DNA of 64,000 nucleotides from NCBI GenBank assembly GCA_965216565.1, contig OZ244170.1:5120001-5184000 (forward strand), given 5' to 3'. The position numbers and the translations under genes are program-made. Positions 20,117 through 29,682 of the stretch are shown here, piece by piece; the first letter of the stretch is position 1, and the number at the start of each line of letters is the position of its first letter. The notes beneath the pieces were generated by a model that saw nothing but the letters and a program-made list of their open reading frames with translations, did no database searches and was not told the origin of the DNA. This DNA comes from Bythopirellula sp. GTDB lineage: Bacteria > Planctomycetota > Planctomycetia > Pirellulales > Lacipirellulaceae.

Positions 20117-20188
20117 CTACCCCGCCAGGACTTGAACCTGGAATGAGGGAATCAAAATCCCTAGTGTTACCAATTACACCACGGGGTA
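20117..20188 (-). tRNA. tRNA-Gln(UUG)
   Basis: Minus strand TACCCCGTGGTGTAATTGGTAACACT-AGGGA-TTTTGAT-TCCCT-CATTCCAGGTTCAAGTCCTGG-CGGGGTA-G; CCA is not encoded. Confidence 0.96.
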
Positions 20189-20256
20189 AGGCAGTTTCGT
20201 TTGCCGACGTGTTACTTTACGTGATTGAGGCCCTGGCGGCTATAGTTATCGCGGGT

Positions 20257-20931
20257 CTAGTCGGTTTGATCCTTCGCACGATTGGCTACCTCAAAGGTGA
20301 CCTGCTCCAGCTCACGTGCCAAATCGACTCCCACCTTGCTGACACCGGCCGGCACCGTAAGGGTCACAGGGGCGAAATTCAAGATACCGCTGACGCCTGC
20401 AGCCACAAGCTTATCAGCGACAACCTGGGCGTGTGGGGCAGGGACTGCCACGAGACCCAACTCAATTTTCTCCTGCGATACCAGTTCGGCTAACCGGTCT
20501 AAATGATGGACATTCACACCATCGATTGAATTTCCCACTTCGCCAGGGTCTACGTCAAACGCTGCGATGATGCGGAAGCCTTGTTTTTCGAATCCTCGAT
20601 AGCCTAGCAAGGCTCGTCCCAGGTTACCGACACCAACGAGCGCGACCCTCCATTGGCGGTCGGTCCCCAGAATCCGCCGGATTTCCTGCACTAATTCCTG
20701 ACACCGATAGCCAATTCCGGGGTGACCGAAATGGCCGAAATGGGCCAAATCCTTCCGAACTTGGGCATCGGTAAAGCCCAGCAGTTTGCCCAGTTGGCTG
20801 CTGCTGATGGTTTCGTTGCCGTCGCCCAGCAAGTGCTGCAACTCCCTCAAATACAGACTCAACCGGTTCACCACCGCATTGGGGATGGAATCGGGGTCGG
20901 GTCGATCTGGGTTGGGCTTAGGGGAAGTCAT
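20257..20931 (-). CDS. rex: Redox-sensing transcriptional repressor Rex
   Basis: IPNAVVNRLSLYLREL, ISSSQLG, QVRKDLAHFGHFGHPGIGY, VGVGNLGRAL, GILNFAP. Confidence 0.97.
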   Translation of the reverse strand: MTSPKPNPDRPDPDSIPNAVVNRLSLYLRELQHLLGDGNETISSSQLGKLLGFTDAQVRKDLAHFGHFGHPGIGYRCQELVQEIRRILGTDRQWRVALVGVGNLGRALLGYRGFEKQGFRIIAAFDVDPGEVGNSIDGVNVHHLDRLAELVSQEKIELGLVAVPAPHAQVVADKLVAAGVSGILNFAPVTLTVPAGVSKVGVDLARELEQVTFEVANRAKDQTD

Positions 20932-21364
20932 TCGAGTGGGATCAGGGGAGACACGGAGAGTCATTTCACCCGCGAAAAACCCCAGCAACATTCAGTTCCT
21001 GGGGTGGCTGCCACTGTAAAGCAATGAGATTTAGCCAGCAACCCAAAGCTCATAAGTGCCAATGCCTCGCATAACGACCAAATCGCATTCTGCCATGCGT
21101 TTCGCGGCACGGGCGTAACCCCACTAATCCTTACCTTCGTCAGTTCAGCTATGGACCCAACCGAGGCTGAGGGTCCGGCAAAACGCAACGTTTGGATCGT
21201 AGCGATTGAGAATAGCAGAGAATCAAGCTGGACTCTTATTTTTAGGAGTTCTAGCTAAGGGAGGGAGTTTAGTTAGGCCGAAAAACTGAGTGGATGGACA
21301 TTTTCCCATCTTGACCAAGTTGTGTATTCCCCCACCCAGAAGTGTTACGAAGGAGATCCTCACC

Positions 21365-22882
21365 ATGAGAACCAAGTCTTGTGTGTTGGCTCTGGCTGTC
21401 GTAGCCGTCGCGTTGCTGCAATCCTCAGCATCGGCCGGCTACTGCGGAGCTGCACGCTACAACGGATGTTGTCAGCCAAAGTGCTGCCACGTTGTAATGA
21501 AAACCAAACGTTGTGTGACTTACGAGAAGCAGTGCTGCACTCGTTATCGCACAGTTTACGACCGCGTATGTTACGACAAGGTGATCAACTGTACTCGTTA
21601 CGTACCCGAAACCCGCACCAAGCAGGTCTGCTACACCGTTTGCAAGCCAGTTTGGGAAACAAAAACCCGCAACTACACGGTTTGCAAGCCTTGCTGGGAA
21701 ACGAAAACTCGTCAGGTCTGCTATACCGTCTGCAAGCCAGTTTGGGAAACCAAAACCCGCAGCTACACGGTCTGCAAGCCCTGCTGGGAAACCAAGACTC
21801 GCGACGTTTGCTATACGGTTTGCAAGCCAGTTTGGGAAACCAAGACTCGGTGCTACACCGTCTGCAAGCCAGTTTGGGAAACCAAGACCCGTTGCTACAC
21901 CGTGAACAAGCCTGTCTGGGAAACCAAGACCCGCCAAGTTTGCTACACAGTCTGCAAGCCAGTCTGGGAGACTCGTACTCGCAACTACACGGTTTGCAAG
22001 CCAGTTTGGGAAACTAAGTCCCGCACTGAAACGTACTACGTCCGCAAGGCTGTTCCCTACACGAAGACCATCAACATCAACACAGGTCACTGGGAGCGAG
22101 AGAGCTACCAGGTTCCAGGTCGGACTTACACCAAGCGTGTACGTCAGCCCGGTTCGTGGAAGTGGGATGCTTGCCGATGCAAGTGCGTTTACTGCCCAGG
22201 TCCTTGCTGCACGGTGAAGTGCCAAGGTCCTCCGCGAACTTGCTGCAAGCGAGTTTGGGTGCCTGAATGCCGCACTAAGGAAATCTGCTGCTGCAAGTAC
22301 GTGTGCGAGCCACGCACCCGCACCTGCTGCTACAAGGTGTGCCACATGGTTCCTGAAACCAAGACTTGCTGCTACAAGGTTTGCCGCATGGTGCCTGAGC
22401 AGCGAACCAAGACTTGCTGCTACAAGGTGTGCCACATGGTCCCTGAGACCAAGACCTGCTGCTACAAGGTTTGCCGCATGGTACCTGAGACCAAGACCTG
22501 CTGCTACAAGGTTTGCCGCATGGTACCTCAGCAGTGCAAGAAGACCGTTTGCTACAAGGTCTGCCGGATGATTCCGGAAACGAAGACTTGTTGCTACAAG
22601 GTTTGCCGCATGGTGCCTGAGCAGCGAACCAAGACTTGCTGCTACAAGGTCTGCCACATGGTCCCCGAGACCAAGACTTGCTGCTACAAGGTCTGCCGCA
22701 TGGTTCCAGAACAGCGAACGAAGACCGTTTGCTACACCGTGTGCAAGCCAGTATGCGAGCAGCGGACAATCAAGTGTTACAAGTGTGTGCCACGTAAGGT
22801 TCCTTACACCGTCACACGATGCGTACCACGTGTCACTTGCACTAAGGTGCCAGTGTGTGTCTGCTGCCCTTGCTGCAACTAG
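21365..22882 (+). CDS. Secreted Cys-rich YTV-repeat protein (planctomycete envelope family)
   Basis: AAGGAG before ATG 21365; signal peptide ending ASA|; 9 x YTVCKP(V/C)WETKTR and 9 x YKVC(R/H)MVPE repeats; about 80 Cys in 505 aa (hand count). Confidence 0.93.
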   Translation: MRTKSCVLALAVVAVALLQSSASAGYCGAARYNGCCQPKCCHVVMKTKRCVTYEKQCCTRYRTVYDRVCYDKVINCTRYVPETRTKQVCYTVCKPVWETKTRNYTVCKPCWETKTRQVCYTVCKPVWETKTRSYTVCKPCWETKTRDVCYTVCKPVWETKTRCYTVCKPVWETKTRCYTVNKPVWETKTRQVCYTVCKPVWETRTRNYTVCKPVWETKSRTETYYVRKAVPYTKTININTGHWERESYQVPGRTYTKRVRQPGSWKWDACRCKCVYCPGPCCTVKCQGPPRTCCKRVWVPECRTKEICCCKYVCEPRTRTCCYKVCHMVPETKTCCYKVCRMVPEQRTKTCCYKVCHMVPETKTCCYKVCRMVPETKTCCYKVCRMVPQQCKKTVCYKVCRMIPETKTCCYKVCRMVPEQRTKTCCYKVCHMVPETKTCCYKVCRMVPEQRTKTVCYTVCKPVCEQRTIKCYKCVPRKVPYTVTRCVPRVTCTKVPVCVCCPCCN

Positions 22883-22950
22883 TTTGTCGCAAGAGCTGAG
22901 AGAAGTGATGCTTCCTTCATAAGGGGAAGCGAACTTGGTCAGAAAACGAT

Positions 22951-22993
22951 CGGCGGCCCGATTCACTAAGGTGAGTCGGGTCGTCGTTTTTTT
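22951..22993 (+). terminator. Strong intrinsic terminator of the YTV gene
   Basis: CGGCGGCCCGATTCAC-TAAG-GTGAGTCGGGTCGTCG followed by a T run. Confidence 0.88.
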
Positions 22994-23063
22994 ATGCGCT
23001 AATTGTTATGCAGCACACACTCGCGATTCTTATGAGTATCGCGGTTCAGTACAATGACGTCTA

Positions 23064-23732
23064 ATGAAACCGAAATTCAACCACCCCTGGGAAGTTTCGA
23101 CCCGCGAGGCACGCGACATCCAGGAGAGACTGCGTGCAAGTGTCGTCCGGCGTGGCAAACCGCGACGCATTCGCCGGGTGGCTGGCATTGATATCAGCAT
23201 CCGCCATAACCGCGCCATTGCTGCGATAGTCGTGCTCGACTTTCCCAGCCTGGAAATTGTTGAGCTTGCGCTAGCCGAGCAGCCGGTGCCGTTTCCTTAC
23301 ATACCGGGGCTCCTGTCGTTTCGAGAAATCCCATCGATCCTCGCTGCCGCTGAGAAGCTCCAGAGCTCGGTGGATGTGATGCTGATCGACGGGCAAGGGA
23401 TCGCACATCCCCGCCGATTTGGTCTCGCTTCGCATTTAGGGGTTTTGTTCGACCTGCCCACGATCGGATGTGCCAAGACTCGCTTCATCGGCACGCACGA
23501 CGAACCTGCCGAACAAGCGGGTTGCTACACCGACTTGTGGCACAAGGAAGAACTAATCGGGGCGGTTCTTCGGACCCGCGATCACGTGAAGCCCTTATAT
23601 ATTTCCACCGGTCACAAGATCGAACTGCCAATGGCGCTCGATCTTGTTCTCGATTGCTGCGTAGGACTTCGCTTGCCGGAGCCGACGCGATTAGCTCATC
23701 AGGCGGCGGGCGGTAACCTTCGTTGGCCTTAG
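23064..23732 (+). CDS. nfi: Endonuclease V
   Basis: VAGIDIS, FPYIPGLLSFREIP, LIDGQGIAHPRRFGLASHLG, TIGCAKT, KPLYISTGH, RLPEPTRLAH. Confidence 0.97.
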   Translation: MKPKFNHPWEVSTREARDIQERLRASVVRRGKPRRIRRVAGIDISIRHNRAIAAIVVLDFPSLEIVELALAEQPVPFPYIPGLLSFREIPSILAAAEKLQSSVDVMLIDGQGIAHPRRFGLASHLGVLFDLPTIGCAKTRFIGTHDEPAEQAGCYTDLWHKEELIGAVLRTRDHVKPLYISTGHKIELPMALDLVLDCCVGLRLPEPTRLAHQAAGGNLRWP

Positions 23733-24307
23733 CTGTCGATGAGACTAGCTTCGACGTTACGTCGTATTAAGAGGATCACCACAAAGTCATAAACGGCGTG
23801 CGCAACGATCGGACCGACGAGGTCGTCATAAGCCTCTGTCATCCAGCCAAGGAATAGGCCCAGCAACGTCGCCGCCACAAAGTAGGTCGTCGACAGGGCA
23901 TGTACGGCACCGAACAGTACCGACGCAATCACGATACCGACCAGCGGCCAACTGTACATGGCAATCCACGGTTGAAGGACTCCGCGAAATAGCAATTCTT
24001 CACCAATTCCAGCCGCTGCAGAGATCACTGCCAACTCGGGCCAGGAACTCGTGGCAAAGATTTCCTGGATGAGTCGATCCATTTGGCGACCCAAATCGGC
24101 CACGGGTTTCCAGGAGATTCTCCGAGAGATCAAGTAGACGACGATCATCAACGAGCAGGCAGCCAGGCCACGTGCAAAACTGGCCCCCTCGATCCGAAGC
24201 TGCGAACGAATCGGAATCTCAGCCCCCCACGAAAGCAAAACGGCCAAGATTCCCAGGGCGGATTCCCCGGCGACAAACAGGGCAAAGATGCGTGGATTTC
24301 CTGGCAT
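23729..24307 (-). CDS. CPBP (CAAX/Abi) family intramembrane glutamic protease
   Basis: GEELLFRG, LFGAVH, PIVAHAVYD motifs in a multi-TM protein. Confidence 0.92.
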   Translation of the reverse strand: MPGNPRIFALFVAGESALGILAVLLSWGAEIPIRSQLRIEGASFARGLAACSLMIVVYLISRRISWKPVADLGRQMDRLIQEIFATSSWPELAVISAAAGIGEELLFRGVLQPWIAMYSWPLVGIVIASVLFGAVHALSTTYFVAATLLGLFLGWMTEAYDDLVGPIVAHAVYDFVVILLIRRNVEASLIDS

Positions 24308-24752
24308 TGATTACCCAATCATTTGGACCCAGCGACGAGACTTTCGTTCAATTGCATATTTAACACTAGCCCGCTAGGCTCATCCGGCCCGCATCTTGAC
24401 GATCCCAAGTGCCCAATTTACACTGTCTGGCTTTCCTCACCTCTTGATGCGCCAGCGATAGACTCCAAAGGCAAGAGAACCACGGTTCCGTAATCCGCCA
24501 GGCGGAGGCATTTCCGGGGACCCTATCGGTGCACCGCCTTGACCCGATTGTGTTTGCAATCAAGGTCTTGCATCGCAGCATCAATATTGAATTACGCATT
24601 AAGCGGTAGTGTTTAGGCAATCAACAAACCTGCCACGCTGGATCGATATCGCACCCAACGATATCGGTATAACGTGTGGCAAGTGTGAGTATAACGTAAC
24701 CCGTAGAATATTTTGCACAGCAAGCGCTTCCTAAAAAAGGATCAACTTACCG

Positions 24753-27425
24753 ATGGCTAAGAAAGCTTCCAAAAGCTCGAAAATGACTTACTACTTCGGC
24801 AAAACCAAAACCGAAGGAGACAGCAAAAAGAAAACACTCCTCGGCGGCAAGGGTGCCAATCTCGCGGAGATGACTAGCATCGGATTGCCCGTGCCTCCCG
24901 GATTTACGATCACCACCGAAGTGTGCGATCTGTACTACAAGAACAAGCGGAAGCTGCCTTCTGGTTTGCTCGACGCAGTTCGCAAGAACGTCAAGATGTT
25001 GGAAAAAGAGCTGGGCAAAAAGTTCGGCGACACCAAAATGCCGCTGCTTGTGTCGGTTCGCTCCGGTGCGGCTGTTTCTATGCCGGGCATGATGAATACT
25101 ATTCTCAACCTGGGCCTCAATGACGAATCCGTTGTAGGTCTCGCCAATGCCACAGGCAACGAGCGGTTTGCTTATGACGCCTACCGTCGGCTCATCAACA
25201 TGTACGGCGACGTTGTCTGCGGCGTCGACCACGAGCACTTTGAGCAAGCATTCGACAAGATCAAGAAGCGGTACAAGGTGACCGAGGACAACGACGTCCC
25301 GTTGGAAGGCATGATCGAACTTTGTGAATCCTACAAGCGAGTTTTCAAAAAGCACTTTGGCAAGCCGTTCCCACAAGATCCTGTCAAGCAGCTTGAGCTA
25401 GCTGTGGAGGCGGTATTCAAGAGTTGGATGCAGTCGCGTGCCGTTCGGTATCGCCAGGTGGAGAACATCACCGGGCTACTTGGAACAGCTGTGAATGTGC
25501 AGTCCATGGTATTCGGCAACATGGGCGACGATTCGGGTACGGGCGTGGCATTCACACGTGACCCATCCACCGGCAACAACAAATTCTACGGCGAATTCCT
25601 GATCAACGCCCAGGGCGAAGACGTTGTGGCTGGTATTCGTACCCCGCAGCCTGTGGAGAAGATGGCTAAGTGGAACAAGAAGGTTTACGACCAGCTACTC
25701 AAGATCAAGACGAAGCTAGAGAAGCACTATCGCGACGTCCAGGATATCGAGTTCACGATTGAAAAAGGCAAGCTCTACATGCTGCAAACGCGGAACGGTA
25801 AACGCACCGGTGCCGCGGCCGTGAAAATCGCTTGCGATATGGTCAAAGAAAAGCTCATCACCGAGAAAGAAGCAGTGATGAGAATTCCTGCTGCTGACCT
25901 GATCCAACTTTTGCTGCCTAGCTTCACTCCCGCCGCGAAGTCCAAAGCGAAAAAGGAAGGCAAGCTGCTGACAGTCGGACTTCCCGCTTCGCCGGGTGCC
26001 GCGTTTGGCAAACTCGCCTTTACCGCCAACGAAGCGGTTGAACGCACTCAAGCCGGCGAGAAAGTTCTACTCGTGCGAAAAGAGACCAATCCGGAAGACA
26101 TCGACGGCATGCACTCGGCGGCCGGTATTCTAACCAGCACCGGCGGAATGACTAGTCACGCCGCAGTGGTAGCTCGTGGTTGGGGACGATGCTGTGTTGC
26201 TGGTGCGGGAGAGATCTCCATCGATGAGAAAGGCCGGAAGATCACGGTCAAAGGCAAGACTTACTCGCACAAAGATACGCTTTCCATCGACGGATCAACG
26301 GGTGAGGTGATGGCTGGCGATATCGCCACGCAAACACCAAAGCTTTCTGGCGATTTCAGTAAGGTGATGGGTTGGACGGACAAGTACGGCAAGATGCTGG
26401 TTCGCACCAATGCCGATACCCCTGCCGACGCCAAGCGAGCTCGTGAATTCGGTGCCCAAGGCATTGGCCTCTGTCGTACCGAACACATGTTCTTCGAAGG
26501 CGAACGTATCATGGCGATGCGGGAAATGATTCTGGCCGAAACCGAAGAGGATCGTAAAGCTGCACTCAAAAAGTTGTTGCCGCTCCAGCGAAAAGACTTC
26601 GTCGGAATCTTCACTGCAATGAAGGGATTGCCAGTGACGATTCGGTTGCTCGATCCCCCGCTGCACGAATTCCTACCGCACGACGACAAGAGCCAGGCCG
26701 AAATGGCTAGCCGATTGGGCGTCAAGCGCGGGGCCGTCCGCACACGGGTTCAGTCGCTGCACGAAGCCAATCCGATGCTCGGTCACCGTGGCTGCCGACT
26801 AGCAGTTACGTATCCCGAAATTCTCGACATGCAGGTCACTGCGATCACTGAAGCTGTGATTGCTTGCAAGAAGAAAAAGGTCGATGCCCAGGCAGAGATC
26901 ATGATTCCTCTGGTCGGCACAGCTGCAGAGCTACAATTGCTCGGCGATCGTGTTCGCAAAGTGATTGACGAGGTCAAGCAAGCCAAAAAGTATACCGGTA
27001 AGCTGAATATCTTGGTCGGAACGATGATCGAGATTCCTCGAGCCGCTTTGACTGCGGATCAGGTAGGTGAATCGGCCGACTTCTTTAGCTTCGGCACAAA
27101 TGACCTCACACAGATGACGTTTGGCTATAGCCGCGACGACATCAACACGTTCTTGCCAGACTATCTCAACGAAGAGATTCTGCCCCGCGACCCATTCCAG
27201 TCGCTAGACACCACGGGTGTTGGACAACTGGTGCGAATGGGTGTGGAGAAAGGCCGCTCGGCAAAGAAGAAGCTGAAGTGCGGCATTTGTGGCGAGCACG
27301 GTGGCGATCCCGACTCGATTCAATTCTGCCACGAAGTGGGTCTCGACTACGTGTCGTGTAGCCCCTTCCGCGTGCCGATTGCTCGCTTGGCTTCGGCTCA
27401 GGCCGCACTAAGCAACGGTCGCTAA
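24753..27425 (+). CDS. ppdK: Pyruvate, phosphate dikinase
   Basis: LLGGKGANLAEM, LLVSVRSGAAVSMPGMM, GGMTSHAAVVARG (phospho-His), GIGLCRTEHMF, SFGTNDLTQ, GICGEHGGDP. Confidence 0.99.
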   Translation: MAKKASKSSKMTYYFGKTKTEGDSKKKTLLGGKGANLAEMTSIGLPVPPGFTITTEVCDLYYKNKRKLPSGLLDAVRKNVKMLEKELGKKFGDTKMPLLVSVRSGAAVSMPGMMNTILNLGLNDESVVGLANATGNERFAYDAYRRLINMYGDVVCGVDHEHFEQAFDKIKKRYKVTEDNDVPLEGMIELCESYKRVFKKHFGKPFPQDPVKQLELAVEAVFKSWMQSRAVRYRQVENITGLLGTAVNVQSMVFGNMGDDSGTGVAFTRDPSTGNNKFYGEFLINAQGEDVVAGIRTPQPVEKMAKWNKKVYDQLLKIKTKLEKHYRDVQDIEFTIEKGKLYMLQTRNGKRTGAAAVKIACDMVKEKLITEKEAVMRIPAADLIQLLLPSFTPAAKSKAKKEGKLLTVGLPASPGAAFGKLAFTANEAVERTQAGEKVLLVRKETNPEDIDGMHSAAGILTSTGGMTSHAAVVARGWGRCCVAGAGEISIDEKGRKITVKGKTYSHKDTLSIDGSTGEVMAGDIATQTPKLSGDFSKVMGWTDKYGKMLVRTNADTPADAKRAREFGAQGIGLCRTEHMFFEGERIMAMREMILAETEEDRKAALKKLLPLQRKDFVGIFTAMKGLPVTIRLLDPPLHEFLPHDDKSQAEMASRLGVKRGAVRTRVQSLHEANPMLGHRGCRLAVTYPEILDMQVTAITEAVIACKKKKVDAQAEIMIPLVGTAAELQLLGDRVRKVIDEVKQAKKYTGKLNILVGTMIEIPRAALTADQVGESADFFSFGTNDLTQMTFGYSRDDINTFLPDYLNEEILPRDPFQSLDTTGVGQLVRMGVEKGRSAKKKLKCGICGEHGGDPDSIQFCHEVGLDYVSCSPFRVPIARLASAQAALSNGR

Positions 27426-27463
27426 GACATAATCCGACGCGTCAAGACCTAGGGATCGGAACA

Positions 27464-27542
27464 TAGCATCCCCCGGCTCCGCCGGGGGATGCGAATTGCA
27501 CATGTGGACAGTTTCCCTATCCCCCGGCGGAGCCGGGGGCTA
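27464..27542. repeat. Pair of inverted REP-like palindromes between convergent genes
   Basis: ATCCCCCGGCTCCGCCGGGGGAT (27468-27490) and ATCCCCCGGCGGAGCCGGGGGCTA (27519-27542). Confidence 0.8.
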
Positions 27543-27556
27543 GCCAGTGGCACGCG

Positions 27557-28462
27557 CTAAGCTGCGCTGGGCGATTGACGCTGCTGGTCCGAATCGGGTA
27601 CGGCGTCGTCCACGGCATCGTCGACAGCCGGGTGGACTCGCAGTGCCACGCGAGGGGGACTGCGCCGTTCCTGCACAAAGCCGCGTTGGCCAGTTTCGAA
27701 AAAGCGGGCGAATTCGGATGCAATGCCCTCGGGAAAACCTGCTTGTAGCCCTTCGACCATGGCGTCGAAAGTAAGCCCCTGGCGATAGATCAAGCGATAC
27801 GCCGCCTTCAGCTGCATAATCTCGTCTCGGCTCAGCCCAGCACGTTTCAGTCCGACGCGATTGAGGCCCACGATCAGCGAACCGGGGCCATCGGTCAGTA
27901 CGAAGGGGGGGACGTCTTGCACCACCTTGGTGCAACCGCCAACCATTGCCAGACGTCCGACGCGGCAGAACTGGTGGACCGCGGCGTTTCCGCCCAAGCA
28001 AGCTCGATCGCCAACCTCTACGTGGCCGCCGAGCATCACTCCGTTGGTCAGAATCACATCGTTGCCCACTTGGCAATCGTGCGCGATATGCGAGCCAACC
28101 ATCAGCAGACAGTCGTTGCCAATGACGGTCTCCGAACCAGTGTGCATAGCACGGTGAATCGTAACGTGCTCGCGGAACACATTGCGATCGCCGACTGCTA
28201 GTGTTCCCGGTTGAGGAGCGTCGCCCTTATATTGTCCTAGTCCACCCAACACGGTGCCCTCGCCGACTTCATTTTCGGCTCCGAGCTTTGTTCCAGTTTT
28301 AATAGATACGTGCGAGTGAAGCTGACAGCGGTCGCCCACGATGGTTCCAGATTCGACAATGCAGAAAGGGCCTATTTCTACACCGGTACCGATCTTGGCT
28401 TCGGGACTGATCACGGCCGTAGGATGAATATTCACGTGGGTCTCTTTCAATTCGGCGGGCAA
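27557..28462 (-). CDS. lpxA: Acyl-ACP--UDP-N-acetylglucosamine O-acyltransferase
   Basis: IHPTAVIS, hexapeptide repeats, FREHVTIHRA, SHIAHDCQVGN, GHVEVGD, VHQFCRVG, QDVPPF, GLNRVGLKR. Start may be the GTG at about 28438. Confidence 0.93.
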   Translation of the reverse strand: MPAELKETHVNIHPTAVISPEAKIGTGVEIGPFCIVESGTIVGDRCQLHSHVSIKTGTKLGAENEVGEGTVLGGLGQYKGDAPQPGTLAVGDRNVFREHVTIHRAMHTGSETVIGNDCLLMVGSHIAHDCQVGNDVILTNGVMLGGHVEVGDRACLGGNAAVHQFCRVGRLAMVGGCTKVVQDVPPFVLTDGPGSLIVGLNRVGLKRAGLSRDEIMQLKAAYRLIYRQGLTFDAMVEGLQAGFPEGIASEFARFFETGQRGFVQERRSPPRVALRVHPAVDDAVDDAVPDSDQQRQSPSAA

Positions 28463-28833
28463 TTGCTGGCGTCAACTTTTTATCGCGGAGTACGCCTTTC
28501 CGCTAAGTGAGTTATCGGATTTTCGGTTTGTGCAGGCTTAGATATCGAGTCGCCAATCGCGCCAGATACCCAGGCTTGCCAGAACGATCTCCGACAGCAA
28601 TCACTGCTAGCAAAGCGAACCGTGGTGCGGTTCACTTCTGCCGAGCAATTGGTGCCACTTAGCGGACTTTCTCGCTAATGCAAAATGCCCATCGCAAATG
28701 CCAAATACGCTATATAAAAGCGTTCTGCTCGTTCAGCACTATGTTTACGGGTTCATCGTGCGAAGAGCAGCGAGATTTTTAGCAGATTGTTAGCAGCAGG
28801 GGGAGAACAATCTGGAGGGATCTTCAGCGACCG

Positions 28834-29352
28834 TCAGCTGAGGCGGTCCCATTGCAAAATGCCCACCAGCGATTTGGCGTCTTCAATTTCCCCACGCACC
28901 GCCATGGCGACCGCTTCGCTCCATGGGACTACGAGATTCTCGATTTCTTCGCCAGCTTCGCGCGCGGTTTTGCCAGCGGTTAGACCTGTGGCTACGAACA
29001 GATGCATTCGTTCGTTGAGGATTCCCGGAGACATATAAAAACCAGGAAGTTCCTGCCAGGTCTCCGCGACGTAACCCGTTTCTTCCTGCAACTCGCGTTT
29101 GGCTGTTTCCAAGGGAGGTTCCCCCGGCTCCAGCGTCCCGGCAGGGAGTTCGACCAAAGTTTTTCCCACAGCCACACGAAAGTTGCGAATCAAACAGACT
29201 CGATCTGCGTCTAACAAGGGAATAATTGCCACGGCTCCCGGGTGCAGCACCACCTGACGGCGGATTTCCGTCGACTCGTCGGTGCTGTGGAGCGTGTGTT
29301 CAACCACTTGGAAACGGGACGTCGTCAGTAGAGTTTTCGGGCTATCTGGCAT
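28834..29352 (-). CDS. NUDIX hydrolase (ADP-ribose pyrophosphatase-like)
   Basis: HPGAVAIIP, ELPAGTLEPGEPPLETAKRELQEETGY (Nudix box), SPG, IEDAKS. Confidence 0.94.
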   Translation of the reverse strand: MPDSPKTLLTTSRFQVVEHTLHSTDESTEIRRQVVLHPGAVAIIPLLDADRVCLIRNFRVAVGKTLVELPAGTLEPGEPPLETAKRELQEETGYVAETWQELPGFYMSPGILNERMHLFVATGLTAGKTAREAGEEIENLVVPWSEAVAMAVRGEIEDAKSLVGILQWDRLS

Positions 29353-29682
29353 ATGGGGTTCTTTCCAGAGGACATTCTAGGTAGATATTTGTTTTGTCTG
29401 CTTTTTGTGCCAGCAGGGTTGTAAAAATAGACAATTCCTGGTCGTACCGGGCGTGGAAATCGACCGGAGATGGTTTGCCGTTTTTCAGGCACGTTGGTAG
29501 GATAACGATAGTGGAAACTGTATTTCAAGAAGTAGTTCTAGAACGTTGCAATCCGCCAGAAAACTGATTGAAAAAGCGCCGTTTTTCTAGTCTTAGTGTT
29601 CGCTGAGGAAAGTTACTTTCACCGGGCAATTTTAGCCTACGGGCAATCTTGGTGCCTTTATCAGGACAGGCGATCTTACAGC

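Noticed and set aside
20095..20493. 132-aa + strand ORF
   Set aside because: It is antisense to tRNA-Gln and the 3' end of rex.
20932..21364. Rex regulation of the divergent Cys-rich YTV gene
   Set aside because: I found no TTGTGAA-N4-TTCACAA-like Rex operator in the intergenic region, and adjacency alone is insufficient.
21632..22732. DNA repeats of 42/48 nt that could be mistaken for a CRISPR array
   Set aside because: There are no unique spacers, variation is mostly at synonymous positions, unit lengths are multiples of 3, and no cas genes are present.
21425..22966. 513-aa antisense ORF (plus 21322-22017 and 22275-22769) over the YTV gene
   Set aside because: These are shadow frames kept open by the repetitive codon use of the real gene. 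Only the + frame has an RBS, signal peptide and terminator.
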